The notes under the pieces are model-generated. The model ran no database searches. It worked only from the letters and a program-made list of their open reading frames with translations, and had not been told where the DNA came from. A stretch of DNA of 64,000 nucleotides, taken from contig JBAZUB010000002.1 in assembly GCA_041661625.1 (NCBI GenBank), positions 28,059 to 92,058 of the forward strand, read 5' to 3'. The position numbers and the translations under genes are program-made. This DNA comes from Patescibacteria group bacterium (GTDB lineage Bacteria > Patescibacteriota > Patescibacteriia > JAHIZJ01). This document shows positions 36,615 to 49,800 of this stretch, piece after piece (positions within the stretch are counted from its first letter, which is position 1; each line of letters starts with the position of its first letter).

Positions 36615-36662
36615 ACGTAGGCGGGCAAACCCCCTACCGATTCTGGTACGGGGCCGCCTACG
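36615..36662. repeat. GTAG-type REP-like palindrome, copy 2, with nested hairpin
   Basis: CGTAGGCGG...CCGCCTACG arms enclosing CCCCTACCGATTCTGGTACGGGG. Confidence 0.6.
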
Positions 36663-36687
36663 GATGTTGTATTGCGTACGGCTAACT

Positions 36688-37719
36688 TTATTTTACGTCC
36701 ACTGTTGTGGGAAGCACTTCCTTGGCTTTTAGAATAACCGCGTTTTGGATCTCATCCATCAGCTTTGGGTCATTCTTGATTGTCTGTCGGGCAGTTTCGT
36801 GGCCAACACCCAGCTTGGTTTCACCAAAGGCGTAGGAATTACCATTCTTGGCAATGACATTCAGTCTGATGCCGGTGTCGAGAATATCACCCGATCGTGA
36901 AATGCCCTCATTGTACATGATATCAAATTCGGTGGTACGGAATGGCGGAGCCACCTTGTTTTTTACCACCTTGGCTTTGACGCGGTTTCCGACCACCTCT
37001 TCATTTTGCTTAAGCTGGGCGGCGCGTCGAACCTCAACGCGGATTGAAGAGTAAAACTTCAATGCGTTGCCACCGGGTGTGGTTTCTGGGTTGCCAAACA
37101 TGACGCCGATTTTCATCCGGATCTGATTGATGAAAATCACGATGGTATTTGACTTGCTCATGATGCCAGCCAGCTTGCGCAATGCCTGGCTCATCAGACG
37201 CGCCTGAAGACCCATGTGAGAAGCACCCATCTCCCCTTCAATTTCCGCCTTTGGAGTCAACGCAGCGACTGAATCAATCACGATGATATCGAGCGAATTG
37301 GAGCGTACCAATGTCTCGACAATTTCCAACGCCTGTTCGCCGTTGTCCGGTTGTGAAATTAACAGTTGGTCGATGTTTACACCCAAGCGCTTGGCGTAAT
37401 CGGGATCTAAGGCATGTTCAGCGTCGACGAATGCCGCAACGCCCCCCAATCGCTGAGCTTCGGCGATAGCGTGCAAAGTCAGGGTGGTTTTTCCGGACGA
37501 TTCCGGTCCATAAACCTCAATGACCCGGCCGCGCGGGAATCCGCCCACACCTAAAGCTAAATCGAGCGATAGACACCCGGATGAAATTGCCTCAACGTTC
37601 ATCTTTTTTGCCTCGCCCAGGCGCATAATCGCGCCATCGCCGAACCGTTCCTTGATCTGGTCAACGGCTGATTGGGCTGATTTGATTTTGTTGTAGGTTT
37701 CTGTAGGCTTCTTTGGCAT
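36688..37719 (-). CDS. recA: recombinase A
   Basis: [38 protein letters not shown]. Confidence 0.98.
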   Translation of the reverse strand: MPKKPTETYNKIKSAQSAVDQIKERFGDGAIMRLGEAKKMNVEAISSGCLSLDLALGVGGFPRGRVIEVYGPESSGKTTLTLHAIAEAQRLGGVAAFVDAEHALDPDYAKRLGVNIDQLLISQPDNGEQALEIVETLVRSNSLDIIVIDSVAALTPKAEIEGEMGASHMGLQARLMSQALRKLAGIMSKSNTIVIFINQIRMKIGVMFGNPETTPGGNALKFYSSIRVEVRRAAQLKQNEEVVGNRVKAKVVKNKVAPPFRTTEFDIMYNEGISRSGDILDTGIRLNVIAKNGNSYAFGETKLGVGHETARQTIKNDPKLMDEIQNAVILKAKEVLPTTVDVK

Positions 37720-37808
37720 AGTTGTTTTTCCTTGGCTATTATATCTCCTGCCGAGCTAATTAATTTTAAGGTTATTTGGCAATTCTGTCCAGGCCATTAA
37801 TTGGTATA

Positions 37809-39107
37809 TCAAGTGACTGCCAGATCAGCCACCGCTCCCGGCGCCGTACTGTCGCACTCGGCTGATTCCACCGGCCGCCCGGCGTCGGTACCGCAATTGT
37901 TATCATCATGGCAGGAGCGGGTTTGAACCGAATCGGCGCAAACGGACCAATCGGAACAATCCCAACTGGGAGTGCAGCCGGTTGTGCCAGCGAAGGTGAT
38001 GGGATAACCGGTGGTATTTACTACACCACTGGCATCAACAACATAGAGATAGGCCGGGTCGCCATTATTGAAAGTGCCTTGGTTAACCGTAAACTGGATT
38101 TGATCATCAACCCAGGTGGTGTGGGGGATTTGAATTTCACGGTGGGTGTTCGCTTCCCAGGTCGACGCGTTTCCGATTTCTATCCGAGCTTGAGTATAGT
38201 CAACATACATTTCGCTGACATACTGCCTCATTGTTGCTCCGCCATCAGTGCGAAAGAAGTGGCCGAACAGATACTCGTCAAATATTTGGCTGTCGATCAA
38301 TAGTGGACCATGTCCAACAGAAGTCGAAATTGACGCGATTCTTTCAAAATCCTGGTCGATCCAACTTACCGCATCGTAACCATTAACGGAGCCGGCATCC
38401 AAATATCTTTCGATTCTAACCCAGCGTCCAAGCGCAGAACTAAATATTGCAGATGCGTCAACACTGCCATGATCGGGGGCATACGGGGGCAAACATCTAC
38501 CATCTACATTACACATATAGAGATGTCCACCCCCCACATTTGGATAAATATCCACCCGGCATTGCGGAAAGAGATTTCCTTCGTTACGTGAAAAGTTTCC
38601 ATACAGTTTCGCATTATCACTTAAAAGCGCATTTCCGTTATAATCGTCCCGGAATACCCACTGGCTGGCGTAGAATCGGTGGATTGGTATATTTGTCAAA
38701 CCAATCGTCTGATTATAAAAACCGTCTGGAGGTAAGCCATAGCGCTGTTCGGCAACTTGTTCACCCGAGATGCGTTGTCGAAAAGTTGAATATCGGGGGT
38801 AGACGCCATTTGCTCCCACTGTTGTCCATCCTGTTTCTTCGGTTTGGCTTGCCAGCCTATCTCCTAATACCCCAGATTCAAAATCGTCGTATCGTAAGGG
38901 TTCCACCGGATCCTTTATCCCAAACCCGTTTCCATTAATCGTGATGCTTTGGCCATTCTGTATAGTGCCGGGGGCGTAGTTGATTTCTGGGATCGTATCA
39001 GCCATAGCCGGCACTGGGCGGTTAACTAAAAAAACCACACAAAATACAGCCAGAGCTTGGATAGCGATAAATACTTTATTGCGAATTATCGTACTGAAAA
39101 TTTTCAT
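37809..39107 (-). CDS. secreted protein with Ig-like domains and a Cys-rich C-terminal repeat
   Basis: signal peptide; ITINGNGFG; CTPSWDCSDWSVC...C motif. Confidence 0.75.
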   Translation of the reverse strand: MKIFSTIIRNKVFIAIQALAVFCVVFLVNRPVPAMADTIPEINYAPGTIQNGQSITINGNGFGIKDPVEPLRYDDFESGVLGDRLASQTEETGWTTVGANGVYPRYSTFRQRISGEQVAEQRYGLPPDGFYNQTIGLTNIPIHRFYASQWVFRDDYNGNALLSDNAKLYGNFSRNEGNLFPQCRVDIYPNVGGGHLYMCNVDGRCLPPYAPDHGSVDASAIFSSALGRWVRIERYLDAGSVNGYDAVSWIDQDFERIASISTSVGHGPLLIDSQIFDEYLFGHFFRTDGGATMRQYVSEMYVDYTQARIEIGNASTWEANTHREIQIPHTTWVDDQIQFTVNQGTFNNGDPAYLYVVDASGVVNTTGYPITFAGTTGCTPSWDCSDWSVCADSVQTRSCHDDNNCGTDAGRPVESAECDSTAPGAVADLAVT

Positions 39108-39178
39108 AGCAAGTTGTGGAAAGAGTTCGTCTCGATGTTACCCTGCTACACGTCGTTAGTCTATTTGAGTATTCGGCG

Positions 39179-39856
39179 TCACTTGTTCAACAGCACCTTT
39201 CGGTATATAATCGTGGGCTTACTCCGCTTCTTGACCGCTTCCAACGTGATAATATTCAATCCCTCTTGCAAAGTTACGGTATCATGGAAAGCGCCGTTTT
39301 GGTCGCTGACCACCTCCCGGCCGTTTATCTGCAGCTGGGATTCTGGTTCGACGTGACCCGAAATATCAAGCACAGACTGGGTGGTGATTAGATTATCGGT
39401 CGGTGTATCGATCGTCAGCAAGGGCGGCGATATTGATTTATATATGACATAACCTAAATAGGCAAAACAAGCCAAGATCACCAGCGCGATAGCTAGCCGG
39501 CGTACGATTTTTGGCGTAATGGCCAAAGAGTGAGCCGAAATGCGCTGCGGTAACAAAGGGGTGTTGCTTGGCTGACGCTGGGATCGATCCACTTGGCGCT
39601 CCTTTTCATACAATCTAAAAACGGAGGCTGGGTTTAACTCCAGATACTCCGCGTAACTTTTTAAAAAATTACGGGCATACATTTCACCGGGCAGGCGGTC
39701 ATAGCGGCCCTCTTCCAATGCTGCGAGATATGATTTTTGAATCCCGGTGGCGCTTGAAGCATCAGCCAGCTCGATTCCTGCCTCGGTCCGAATGGCACGC
39801 AAACGCTCACCCAGCGTCTTGATGGAACGAATATCTTTGGCCGTAAATTCAGCCAT
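39179..39856 (-). CDS. RodZ-like HTH membrane protein
   Basis: LGERLR..R, YLAALEEG....LP...Y.RNFLKSYAEYL, TM helix, Ig-like C-terminus; downstream of ftsK. Confidence 0.85.
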   Translation of the reverse strand: MAEFTAKDIRSIKTLGERLRAIRTEAGIELADASSATGIQKSYLAALEEGRYDRLPGEMYARNFLKSYAEYLELNPASVFRLYEKERQVDRSQRQPSNTPLLPQRISAHSLAITPKIVRRLAIALVILACFAYLGYVIYKSISPPLLTIDTPTDNLITTQSVLDISGHVEPESQLQINGREVVSDQNGAFHDTVTLQEGLNIITLEAVKKRSKPTIIYRKVLLNK

Positions 39857-39859
39857 AGG

Positions 39860-42067
39860 CTAGGTTTCAGTTTCGTCCGCGTCTAAGCCTTCTTCGGCTG
39901 CTGATTCCGTTTCGACGTCAGCAGCCAGTGAGCGTTGCACTAATATCTCTCGAGGCTTGGCTCCATCGCCCGGACCGATGATTCCTTCTTGCTCCAAAAG
40001 ATCCAGCAACCGGGCCGCTCGGGCATAGCCGATGCGCAGCCGACGCTGCAGCAACGAAGCCGATGCTTTATTGGCCTGCCAGATTACTTCTTTGGCGCTG
40101 GCCAGCAGCTCGTCATCTTCCAGCGATTCCAGACTGCCGGATATGGCACTGGTGGGTTTATCGGTTACCTCATTGACATAGTTTGGCTCGGATTGCTTCT
40201 TGAGATAATTTGTTACTCGTTCAATTTCCTCCTCGGTGACCAGCGCGCCCTGAATACGTCGAGGTTTCGATAGCTCGGAAGAGATATATAGCATATCGCC
40301 GCGACCTAATAGTTTTTCGGCGCCAGAATAGTCGAGAATGGTACGGCTGTCCATCAGCGATGCCACGCTGAAAGCGATGCGTGAAGTAATGTTAGCCTTG
40401 ATCAGGCCGGTAATGACATCAACTGATGGGCGTTGCGTGGAAACAATTAAATGGATGCCTACTGCGCGAGCCATTTGAGCCAGTCGAATGATAATGCTCT
40501 CAACGTCCTGGGCGGCCAATTGCATCAAGTCGGCTAATTCATCGATGATCACCACTATATAGGGGAGCTGGTTCACCAGCACGCTGCTGTTATATTGGGC
40601 AATATTCTTTTTGCTAGATTCGGCCAGTAGCCGGTAGCGACGATCCATTTCTCCCACCAGCCATTTGAGCGCGTTGATGGTTTTGTCCACCTCGGTGATT
40701 ACCGGGGTCAGCAAATGCGGAACATCATTGTAGGATATTAATTCAACTTTTTTCGGGTCGACCAGAATAAACTGCAGCGTATCAGGGCTGTTCTGGTAGA
40801 GCAAACTGACAATCACCGAGTGAATGCAGACGCTCTTACCCGAACCCGTAGCGCCGGCGATTAGCATATGAGGCATCTTGTCGAGCTGGACGACGATTGG
40901 ATTTCCGGCCACGTCGCGACCCAGCACGATACTGAGATTGCTGGTGCGCTTCTTGAACTCATCTGATTCCAATATGCCGCGCAAACCGACGGTAGCGATG
41001 CGCTGATTAGGCACTTCCAGCCCGACCAGGGACTTCCCAGGGATGGGAGCCTCGATTCTGATGGGGTGCGCGGCCAAGGCTAACGCCAGATCATTGCTTA
41101 AACCCGTAATCGATGAGAGCTTGACGCCATCAGCCGGCCGCAGCGTATACTGAGTCACGGTCGGACCAACTTTCACCTCGCCCATCTCGACGTTAATACC
41201 AAAGCTTTCGAGAGTTTTTCGAATCTTTTCCAGATTGCCATTAATATCTCCACTGGTCGGCTGAGCCGTCTTAGTTTCCAGGAGGTCAAGCGGCAAGTCG
41301 GGTTTGCGTCGGCGTTTAATCTGGGGAATGGCATCAGCCGCCGGCATATTGTCACTTCCTGGCTTGGCCGGGTCATACTGTGTCTGCTTGATGGCAAACT
41401 CAGCCGGACGATCCTCTTCGGATGATTCGTCGCCGTCAATCGGCTCGGTTTGATCCGTTGTCGACTCATCGCTAGTTTGATTAAATCCAGGTATTTTGGC
41501 CAGCGCATCGGTCAATGCCGGCGGCCGTCGTCGAAGCAAGCCTTCCAGGGAGGTATTTAGCATGATTAAAACTGAAATCAGGCACAGGGCCAGGATAACG
41601 ATTAGAGATGCGCCGAATCCCATCATACTTCGGAATGGGGCGCTCAATATGTAACCCAGGTAACCACCGCCCTGTCCTTGCGCGATGGCGGTGAGCGAAT
41701 CCTCGGCGGAAATAAAAATATGCATCAAGGCCGAGAAAGATAGGACGAAGATTATTCCTCCCAGGTAATTAGCTGTCGAGATGACATATTTTTTGGGACG
41801 AACCAGCACATAGCCCCAGCCGAACAGAAGAACTGGCACAGCAAACCTTCCCCAGCCAAACATTTGACGTAATACAGTGTTCAATATGTGCCCGACCGAT
41901 CCAGCTCGATCAAATAACCCAAAAACTGCCAAAGCGGCAAAGGCAAATACTAGGACAATGCCGATGCCGCGCTGTGTTTCGGGATGCAGACTCACGCTCG
42001 GGCCGGTCGTTGCCCGGATCTCGTCATCGGTTTGAGAGCGGCGTTTTCTACGGTATCTTTGAGCCAT
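39860..42067 (-). CDS. ftsK: DNA translocase FtsK/SpoIIIE
   Basis: 4TM N-terminus, HMLIAGATGSGKS, IIDELADLM, TQRPSVDVITG, gamma domain LQRRLRIGYARAA. Confidence 0.97.
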   Translation of the reverse strand: MAQRYRRKRRSQTDDEIRATTGPSVSLHPETQRGIGIVLVFAFAALAVFGLFDRAGSVGHILNTVLRQMFGWGRFAVPVLLFGWGYVLVRPKKYVISTANYLGGIIFVLSFSALMHIFISAEDSLTAIAQGQGGGYLGYILSAPFRSMMGFGASLIVILALCLISVLIMLNTSLEGLLRRRPPALTDALAKIPGFNQTSDESTTDQTEPIDGDESSEEDRPAEFAIKQTQYDPAKPGSDNMPAADAIPQIKRRRKPDLPLDLLETKTAQPTSGDINGNLEKIRKTLESFGINVEMGEVKVGPTVTQYTLRPADGVKLSSITGLSNDLALALAAHPIRIEAPIPGKSLVGLEVPNQRIATVGLRGILESDEFKKRTSNLSIVLGRDVAGNPIVVQLDKMPHMLIAGATGSGKSVCIHSVIVSLLYQNSPDTLQFILVDPKKVELISYNDVPHLLTPVITEVDKTINALKWLVGEMDRRYRLLAESSKKNIAQYNSSVLVNQLPYIVVIIDELADLMQLAAQDVESIIIRLAQMARAVGIHLIVSTQRPSVDVITGLIKANITSRIAFSVASLMDSRTILDYSGAEKLLGRGDMLYISSELSKPRRIQGALVTEEEIERVTNYLKKQSEPNYVNEVTDKPTSAISGSLESLEDDELLASAKEVIWQANKASASLLQRRLRIGYARAARLLDLLEQEGIIGPGDGAKPREILVQRSLAADVETESAAEEGLDADETET

Positions 42068-42229
42068 AAAAGTGGTAAGTAACGTATGATATTGTACCAT
42101 GTTTAGGCAAAATCGTAAACCCCAATTTGATAATATGAATAGCAAAAAAAGCGCGCCATAGGAGCTAATCTGAATAGTGAGCAGCTAAAGAATAACGCAC
42201 CCCAATAACCAGTCAAACAACAGAGCGGT

Positions 42230-42862
42230 CTATTCAAAAACTATCGTACTTAACACGGTTGTTAATAGAAATTCGCAGGTAGTTGATTCAATTTTACCGC
42301 AAAACAAACCCGGATCATTGGTCTGGGTGATCAGGGCGGTGGCGGTGTAGTAAGAATCATCTTTATTTAAATGAGCAGTAATAATATCTAACTTTTGGTC
42401 TCGATAGCTTCGTACTAGGAACATATTATTACGAGCCATTTCATCAACGGTGAAAGTTTGTTTTGTTGTTGGAGTAAAGAATTCTGGCGTAGTTCGGATT
42501 AAAAAGCGTTTTGGATTTATAGTGAATTGTTTGTTGCTGACGGAGTCATCGGCTAGCTTACTTACATTGAGGGAGAGTTTATTTTCTCCCGACACAAAAG
42601 AAATAAAACCATCAGGAGCCTCATTATTAAACGACCACGTGGTCGGCATTTGTAACGAAAAATAAGCCGGCGATGTTGTCGTGGCCGTTGAGGGATAATG
42701 ATATGTTACCCAGCCGGTAGTCGGTGTGGTACCCAAAGGACCGGCATATTTGTTGTAGTATCGCATCGGATTGAGGAATATAAGCCAACCCAAGGCCGCA
42801 ATAGCGCTTATTACGACAACAATTATGCTGATAGCTAACAACAATCTTTTGTGTGCTGACAT
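42230..42862 (-). CDS. membrane-anchored hypothetical protein (PsbP-like exported domain possible)
   Basis: N-terminal TM, W..Y...FSLQMP..W, C-terminal VLSTIVF. Confidence 0.65.
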   Translation of the reverse strand: MSAHKRLLLAISIIVVVISAIAALGWLIFLNPMRYYNKYAGPLGTTPTTGWVTYHYPSTATTTSPAYFSLQMPTTWSFNNEAPDGFISFVSGENKLSLNVSKLADDSVSNKQFTINPKRFLIRTTPEFFTPTTKQTFTVDEMARNNMFLVRSYRDQKLDIITAHLNKDDSYYTATALITQTNDPGLFCGKIESTTCEFLLTTVLSTIVFE

Positions 42863-42920
42863 GTATAGATCAAATATATATTCTATACGAAAAGATTATC
42901 ACAATATAACCAATTAGACA

Positions 42921-42951
42921 AAACACCCCGGCGTATTTCGTCGGGGTGTTT
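42921..42951. terminator. terminator after rpoC
   Basis: AAACACCCCG...CGGGGTGTTT. Confidence 0.75.
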
Positions 42952-42973
42952 CTATCAGAGAGAAGAGAGAGTT

Positions 42974-45900
42974 TTATTCTATCTTAGGAGCTTGTCTGAA
43001 AGCGGTTCCAGCCGGGATTAATTTACCGATGATGACATTTTCTTTCAAACCGCGCAGCCGGTCGACTTTTCCAGAGACAGCCGCTTCAATCAACACCCGA
43101 GCGGTTTCTTGGAATGAAGCCGCAGACAGGAAGCTGTCGGTCGAAAGCGAGGCCTTGGTGATACCGAGCAGCAGGTCTTCGCTAACAGCCCGTTTATCGC
43201 TGACCTTGAGTTTCCGATTGGCTTCGGCCAGCTCGCTCAAAGTGACAATTTCACCGGCCAGCAGATCGGTATCGCCGGCGTCTTTAATATAAACGCGGGA
43301 AAACATCTGCTTTACGATTACTTCAACGTGCTTATCGTTCAATTTTTGTCCCTGCGATGAGTAGATGAATCTAATTTCCCGGATGACATATTTTTGAGCC
43401 GCTTCTTTACCCTTCAGTTTGTATAATTGATGCAAATCAAGGCTGCCGTCGGACAATTGCTGGCCCTTAGCGACCAGATCATCATCTTTGACCCAGAGTG
43501 AGTAGCCAACCGGTACAGGATATTCCCGTTCCTGCTGGCCGGTAGTGGTTACCCGGATCTCGTCATCAACTATGTTGGCGATACCATCATCATGCGTAAT
43601 CGCCTTGTCTTTTCCCATGGCCCAAAGCAGGTCGCCTTTTTTTACCGATTGGCCGTTTTTGACCATGACTTTTAGTTCTGGCGAGGTTTTGGGATCATCG
43701 GGCAAAGGATATGTTTCGGTGATCGGTTCGTTGGAGGTCAGCTTGAGAGTAATCTGTTTGGCTTGTTTAAGCAGGCTGACTTTGCCGCCGACTTCGGCAA
43801 TCAGAGCCGGTTTCTTGATTGGCCGAGCCTCAAATAATTCTTCCACGCGGGGCAAACCTTGGGTAATATCCAGACCAGCGACACCGCCAGTGTGGAAGGT
43901 ACGCATGGTCAGCTGGGTGCCCGGTTCACCGATGCTTTGAGCGGCAATGATACCAACGGCGGTGCCGATCGCTACGGGCTTATTATAGCCCAGATCGTGG
44001 CCGTAGCATTTTTGGCAGACGCCGCGAATAGTCTGGCAGTTCATAACCGATCGAATTTGAACCTCTGAGATTTCCAGCCCCTTCAGTTTTCCGATTAGTT
44101 CTTTGGTAACCAATGCCCCGGCGGAAATAAGCACCTTGCCGGTTTTGGGATGTTTGACATCGGAGATCGTATAGCGGCCGTAGATGCGGTCGGTCAGCTC
44201 CTCGCCCATGTCCTTGCATTCCGCTTGGGTAATGGTGAGGCCAATGTTATCGCCGCAATCTTCTTCAACCACCACCACGTCCTGTGAGACATCAACCAGG
44301 CGGCGGGTCAGGTAGCCGGCGTTAGCGGTTCTCAAGGCAGTATCTGATAAGCCTTTGCGGGCGCCGTGTGTCGAGATAAAGTATTCCAGCACGTCGAAAC
44401 CTTCTTTGAAATTTCCCTTCACCGGCAGCTCGATAATATCGCCAGCCGGGTTGGTGACCAAGCCTTTCATGCCCATCATTTGGGTAGCTTGGGCCCAGGT
44501 GCCGCGAGCGCCGGATTCAATCATGGCAAATACCGGACCCTTAGGATCGAGCGCTTGGCTGCTTTCTTTGGTCACTAGCTCTTTGGCGTGATCCCAGGTT
44601 TCGATAATTTTATTATGACGCTCTTCGTCGGTCAGTAAGCCCGATTGATAATGAGATTCGATTTCGTCGGCTACTTTTTCAGCGTCTGATATGATCTCAT
44701 ATTTACGTTTCGGTATTGGCAAGTCATGCATACCCCAGCTCATACCAGATTGGGTGACATATTTGAAGCTAAGTGCCATGACCGCGTCCAGATATTTTAC
44801 AGTCATGTCCGATCCAAACTCTTCCAGGATGTGGCTGGTCAAGATCCGCAATTCTTTTTTATCCAGTGTCTTGTTTACAAACTCCAAATCCTTGGGCAGA
44901 ATCTGATTGAAAATAATCCGACCGGCGCTGGTCACGATTATCTTATTGTCTATTTTGACTCGAATCAGCTCCTGCAGTTTGATGTATTCGAGGCTATAAG
45001 ATAGTATCGCTTCGTCGGAATGGCAGAACGACTTGATATGGGTCGTGTCGATATTAGCCTCATCGTGAATATAGGTCAGATAAAAACAGCCCAAAACGAT
45101 ATCTTGGTTTGGCATCACGATTGGCTCGCCGGTAGCAGGCTTGAGTAGGTTCTTATCGGCGCGCATTAACTCGGCCGCTTCCTCTTTAGCCTTGACGGTC
45201 AGGGGAACGTGTACGGCCATTTGGTCGCCATCAAAGTCTGCGTTGAAAGCGGTACAAACCAACGGATGAATCTGAATGGCCTTGCCTTCGATCAAGACCG
45301 GTTGAAAGGCCTGAATACCCAGCCGGTGCAAGGTGGGGGCGCGATTGAGCAGCACATTCGAATTCTTGGTGATCTCTTCCAGGATATCCCAGACCTCGGC
45401 GCGGTTGGATTCGATAAACCGGCTGGCCGAGCGGACGTTGTGAACATATTCGCGCAGAATCAACTGGCTGATCACGAAGGGCTTGAATAATTCCAAAGCC
45501 ATGCGCTTGGGCAGGCCGCATTGATGCAGGTGCAAGCGGGGACCGACCACGATGACAGAACGACCGGAATAGTCAACGCGTTTACCGAGTAGGTTTTGCC
45601 GGAAACGGCCCTGTTTGCCCTTGAGAATATCGGCAATCGATTTCAGCATGCGTTTCTGGCCGGTGGAGGCGGTGACAGTCTTGCCATGACGGGCGCTGTT
45701 GTCAATTAAAGCATCGACGGCTTCCTGGAGCATGCGTTTCTCATTGCGGCAGATGACCTCGGGAGCATTCAATTCCAGCAGCCGCTTCAAACGATTGTTG
45801 CGATTGATTACGCGCCGATATAGATCGTTGAGATCGGACGCCGCAAACCGTCCGCCATCCAGTTGCACCATTGGTCGCAGGTCAGGCGGTATCACCGGTA

Positions 45901-46828
45901 AAGCAGTCAGAATCATCCATTCCGGTCGGATATTATTCTTCTTCAAATTGTGCACCAACTTCAATCGGCGCACCAGCTTGCGTTTGCGGTTTAAGGACGC
46001 GGTACGCATCTCGGTCTCGAGCTCGGAAATCAGCCCATCCATATCAATCACGTCGAGCAGGTGACGGACCGCTTCGGCGCCGATGCTAGCCTCGAAGACA
46101 TGGCCGTACTTGAGCGATAAGTCTTGATAAGTGCTTTCCGAGATTATTTGCAATCGTTTCAGGCTGCGCAGTTCCTTGCGGGCCAATTCAACTAAGGCGT
46201 CCAACTCCTTGATCTGTTCGTCTTTGAGCTTGGCATTGGCGGCCAATTCATCGGCCAGCATCTTCTCGTCGGGTTTGCTGGCATGGCGCTGGCGGGTTTC
46301 GTTGGCCAGGCGATTGAAGTTATTCTCAATCTGTTTTTTCTTCGATTGGCCCTCGCCGTCGATTTGCTTCAGGCTTTCCTGGCGCAGGTCCTCGTCGACC
46401 TTGGTAATAATAAAATTGGCGAAGTAGATAACCTTCTCAAGCTCCTGGGCGGATAGATCAAGCACTAGGCCGATCTTGGATGGCACGCCGCGGAGAAACC
46501 AGATGTGTGAAACCGGCGCGGCCAGATCGATATGACCCATGCGCTCACGGCGGACGATACTGCGGGTCACTTCCACGCCGCATTTGTCGCAAATAATGCC
46601 CTTGTAGCGAATCCGCTTGTATTTGCCGCAGTAACATTCCCAATCCTTAGATGGGCCAAAAATCTCTTCGGCAAACAAGCCGTCTTTTTCCGGTTTCTGA
46701 GTGCGGTAGTTGATGGTTTCCGGTTTGGTTACCTCGCCGTACGACCATTTGTGGATGTCGTCAGGAGAAGCCACCTTTAACCGGATGGCCCGGAAGTCCG
46801 GACTCTTCGATTCGTCTTGGTGGGGCAT
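42974..46828 (-). CDS. rpoC: RNA polymerase beta' subunit
   Basis: [12 protein letters not shown] active site, [21 protein letters not shown]. Confidence 0.99.
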   Translation of the reverse strand: MPHQDESKSPDFRAIRLKVASPDDIHKWSYGEVTKPETINYRTQKPEKDGLFAEEIFGPSKDWECYCGKYKRIRYKGIICDKCGVEVTRSIVRRERMGHIDLAAPVSHIWFLRGVPSKIGLVLDLSAQELEKVIYFANFIITKVDEDLRQESLKQIDGEGQSKKKQIENNFNRLANETRQRHASKPDEKMLADELAANAKLKDEQIKELDALVELARKELRSLKRLQIISESTYQDLSLKYGHVFEASIGAEAVRHLLDVIDMDGLISELETEMRTASLNRKRKLVRRLKLVHNLKKNNIRPEWMILTALPVIPPDLRPMVQLDGGRFAASDLNDLYRRVINRNNRLKRLLELNAPEVICRNEKRMLQEAVDALIDNSARHGKTVTASTGQKRMLKSIADILKGKQGRFRQNLLGKRVDYSGRSVIVVGPRLHLHQCGLPKRMALELFKPFVISQLILREYVHNVRSASRFIESNRAEVWDILEEITKNSNVLLNRAPTLHRLGIQAFQPVLIEGKAIQIHPLVCTAFNADFDGDQMAVHVPLTVKAKEEAAELMRADKNLLKPATGEPIVMPNQDIVLGCFYLTYIHDEANIDTTHIKSFCHSDEAILSYSLEYIKLQELIRVKIDNKIIVTSAGRIIFNQILPKDLEFVNKTLDKKELRILTSHILEEFGSDMTVKYLDAVMALSFKYVTQSGMSWGMHDLPIPKRKYEIISDAEKVADEIESHYQSGLLTDEERHNKIIETWDHAKELVTKESSQALDPKGPVFAMIESGARGTWAQATQMMGMKGLVTNPAGDIIELPVKGNFKEGFDVLEYFISTHGARKGLSDTALRTANAGYLTRRLVDVSQDVVVVEEDCGDNIGLTITQAECKDMGEELTDRIYGRYTISDVKHPKTGKVLISAGALVTKELIGKLKGLEISEVQIRSVMNCQTIRGVCQKCYGHDLGYNKPVAIGTAVGIIAAQSIGEPGTQLTMRTFHTGGVAGLDITQGLPRVEELFEARPIKKPALIAEVGGKVSLLKQAKQITLKLTSNEPITETYPLPDDPKTSPELKVMVKNGQSVKKGDLLWAMGKDKAITHDDGIANIVDDEIRVTTTGQQEREYPVPVGYSLWVKDDDLVAKGQQLSDGSLDLHQLYKLKGKEAAQKYVIREIRFIYSSQGQKLNDKHVEVIVKQMFSRVYIKDAGDTDLLAGEIVTLSELAEANRKLKVSDKRAVSEDLLLGITKASLSTDSFLSAASFQETARVLIEAAVSGKVDRLRGLKENVIIGKLIPAGTAFRQAPKIE

Positions 46829-46836
46829 ATAGTATG

Positions 46837-49800
46837 TTACTTCTTGTTCTTGGACTCTCGTTTTTTAGGCTCAGGTTCAGGCGGCGTTTCAACCGGCGCC
46901 TCGATATCGGCCGACGTTTCAATTTTTTCCTGAATCGGCTGACCGTCGGAACCGAGCAGCTCAACGTCCAGCGCTAAACCTTTTAACTCCCGGACCAAGA
47001 CATTGAAAGATTCCGGGATGTTGATTTTATTGATTGGTTCGCCTTTGATAATCGCTTCATAAGCCTTGGAACGGCCGGGGACATCGTCGGACTTGATGGT
47101 CAGCATTTCTTGCAGAGTGTGCGCGGCACCATAGGCCTCGAGCGCCCAGACTTCCATTTCACCGAACCGCTGTCCGCCGAACTGGGCTTTACCACCGAGC
47201 GGCTGCTGGGTGACTAATGAGTATGGACCGATCGAACGCTGGTGAATCTTGTCTTCCACCAAGTGATTCAGTTTGAGCATATAAATGTAGCCGACGGTAA
47301 CTTTTTGATCGAACGGCCGACCGGTTCGCCCGTCGTAGACTGAAACCTTGCCATCTTCGGGCAAACCCGCTTTTTTCAATTCTTCCCGAATTTGAACGTC
47401 GGACATGCCATCGAGTGTCGGGGTGGCGACTTTATAGCCCAGCTGATGGGCGGCAAAACCGATATGCGTTTCCAAAATTTGACCCAGGTTCATACGGGAG
47501 ACGACGCCCAATGGGTTGAGTATAATATCGACCGGGCGGCCATCCTCGAGGAAGGGGAGATCTTCAGTGGCAACGATGCGGGAAATAACACCCTTATTAC
47601 CATGGCGGCCGGCCAGTTTGTCGCCTACCTGGACCTTGCGCAATTGAGCCACCGACACTTGGATGGTCTTAATCACGCCGGCGGGCAGTTTGTCGCCAGT
47701 TTCCTTGGAAAATATCTTAATATCAACGACTTTGCCGTGTTCGCCATGTTCGAGATAAAGCGAGCTGTCTTTGACGTCTTTGGCTTTTTCACCAAAGATG
47801 GCGCGCAATAACTTTTCTTCGGCGGACAGTTCGGTTTCACCTTTGGGAGTTATTTTACCGACTAGAATGTCGCCAGATGAAACCTCGGCGCCGATTCGAA
47901 CCACGCCCTCTTCATCCAGGTCTTTTAGTTTCTCTTCGCTGACATTCGGTATGTCGCGGGTAACTACCTCCGGACCTAATTTAGTATCGCGTACGTCTAC
48001 CGAGTAGTCTTCAATGTGTATGGAACTAAAGACATCGTTCTGAACCAAACGTTCCGACAGCAGAATCGCGTCCTCATAGTTGCCGCCGTCCCAGGGGATG
48101 AAGGCTACCAGCACATTTTGACCTAGTGCTAACTCGCCGTTTTCGGTCGAAGCGCCGTCGGCAATGACATCGCCAGCCTGTAATTTTTGGCCGACATCAA
48201 CCAGTACGTGTTGATTCATGCAGGTGGCCGCGTTGGACCGGACAAAGTTGCCCATCGGATAGACTTGAGTCGTGCCATCATCGGCCAACACCTGGACTTC
48301 CGAGGCCTGGCACTTGATCACGCGGCCGGGCTTGGTGTTCAGCACCACATGACCGGAATCCCGGGCGGCGCGCGCTTCCACGCCGGTGCCGACGATCGGC
48401 GCCTGGGGACGGATGCAGGAAACAGCCTGACGTTGCATATTGGTACCCATCAAGGCGCGGGTAGCGTCATCATTTTCCACAAACGGGATCAGGGAAGTGG
48501 CCACGCTAATGATCTGATTCGGGGCGACGGCCATTAAATTGATTTGTTCGGTGGGGACTATGGCCGGCTCGCCGTGTTTGCGGGCTTCGGCGCGGTCAAA
48601 GGCGAGGTTGTTATATTCGTCGACCGGCGTGGTGGCGGCGGTGGAGATGTATCGCTCTTCTTCAAAAGCGTCCAGATACACCAGCTCATCGGAAACGTGC
48701 GGCCGAATAGCGATCATGGACTGGCCATTGCTGGCGATATGCTCAGCCACCTCTTTGGTAATCAGTTCGCCCGCCTTAGTAATTACCTTACCTTGGGCAT
48801 CGGTAATATTTTCCCGGGCGATACGATTGACGGTTTTGGACGGTTTATTCTCAATTTCGTTGTAGATTTTGCAATACGGTGTTTCGATAAAACCAAAGTC
48901 ATTCACCCGCGCGTAGGTGGTCAAGTGGCCTACCAAGCCGATATTCGGACCTTCGGGAGTGGCGATCGGACAGATACGGCCATAGTGCGTGCGATGCACA
49001 TCGCGGACGTCGAAACCGGCTCGTTCGCGCGATAACCCGCCGGGACCCATGGCGGACAAGCGGCGCTTGTGTTCCAATTCCGCCAGGGGATTGGTCTGAT
49101 CCATGAACTGGGACAGCTGCGAAGACATGAAGAATTCCTTGACCGAACCCATCACCGGACGGGCATTGATCAATTGGCTTGGCGTCAGGGTATTCACGTC
49201 CATCGTACTCATGCGGTCGCGGATAATGCGTTCCATGCGGGACAGTCCGACGCGGAATTTGTTCTGGACCAATTCACCGATGGCGCGGACGCGGCGGTTG
49301 CCCAAGTGGTCGATATCATCGGCTTCCCGCTGGGTATTGTTCAAATCGATGATTTCTTTGATAATTGAAACCAAATCATCAATCCGTAAGATGCGCGTCT
49401 CTTTATTATTGGGGATATCAAAACCGAAGCGCTGGTTGATCTTGTAGCGTCCCACTCGGCCGAAGTCATAGCGGTCAAAAGAGAAGAACATCTTGAAAAT
49501 CAGCTCGCGGGCATTGTCGACCGTAGCTAAATCGCCCGGGCGGATGCGTTTGTAGACTTCCTTTAAGCCTTCGGCTTCCGAACGAGCCGCGTCCTTTTCG
49601 ATCGTCTTCGTAATATACTGGACATCGGGGTTGGCGTCGGCGCCTTCAAACAGTTTCTTGAGCTCCTCGTCGCTCCCGACCCCAAAAGCGCGCAGCAAAC
49701 TAGTGATCGGTACCTTCCGTTTGCGATCGATCTTAACAATTATTACGTTGTTGTAATCGGTCTCTAGTTCAAGCCAGGCGCCGCGGTTGGGGATGATCTT

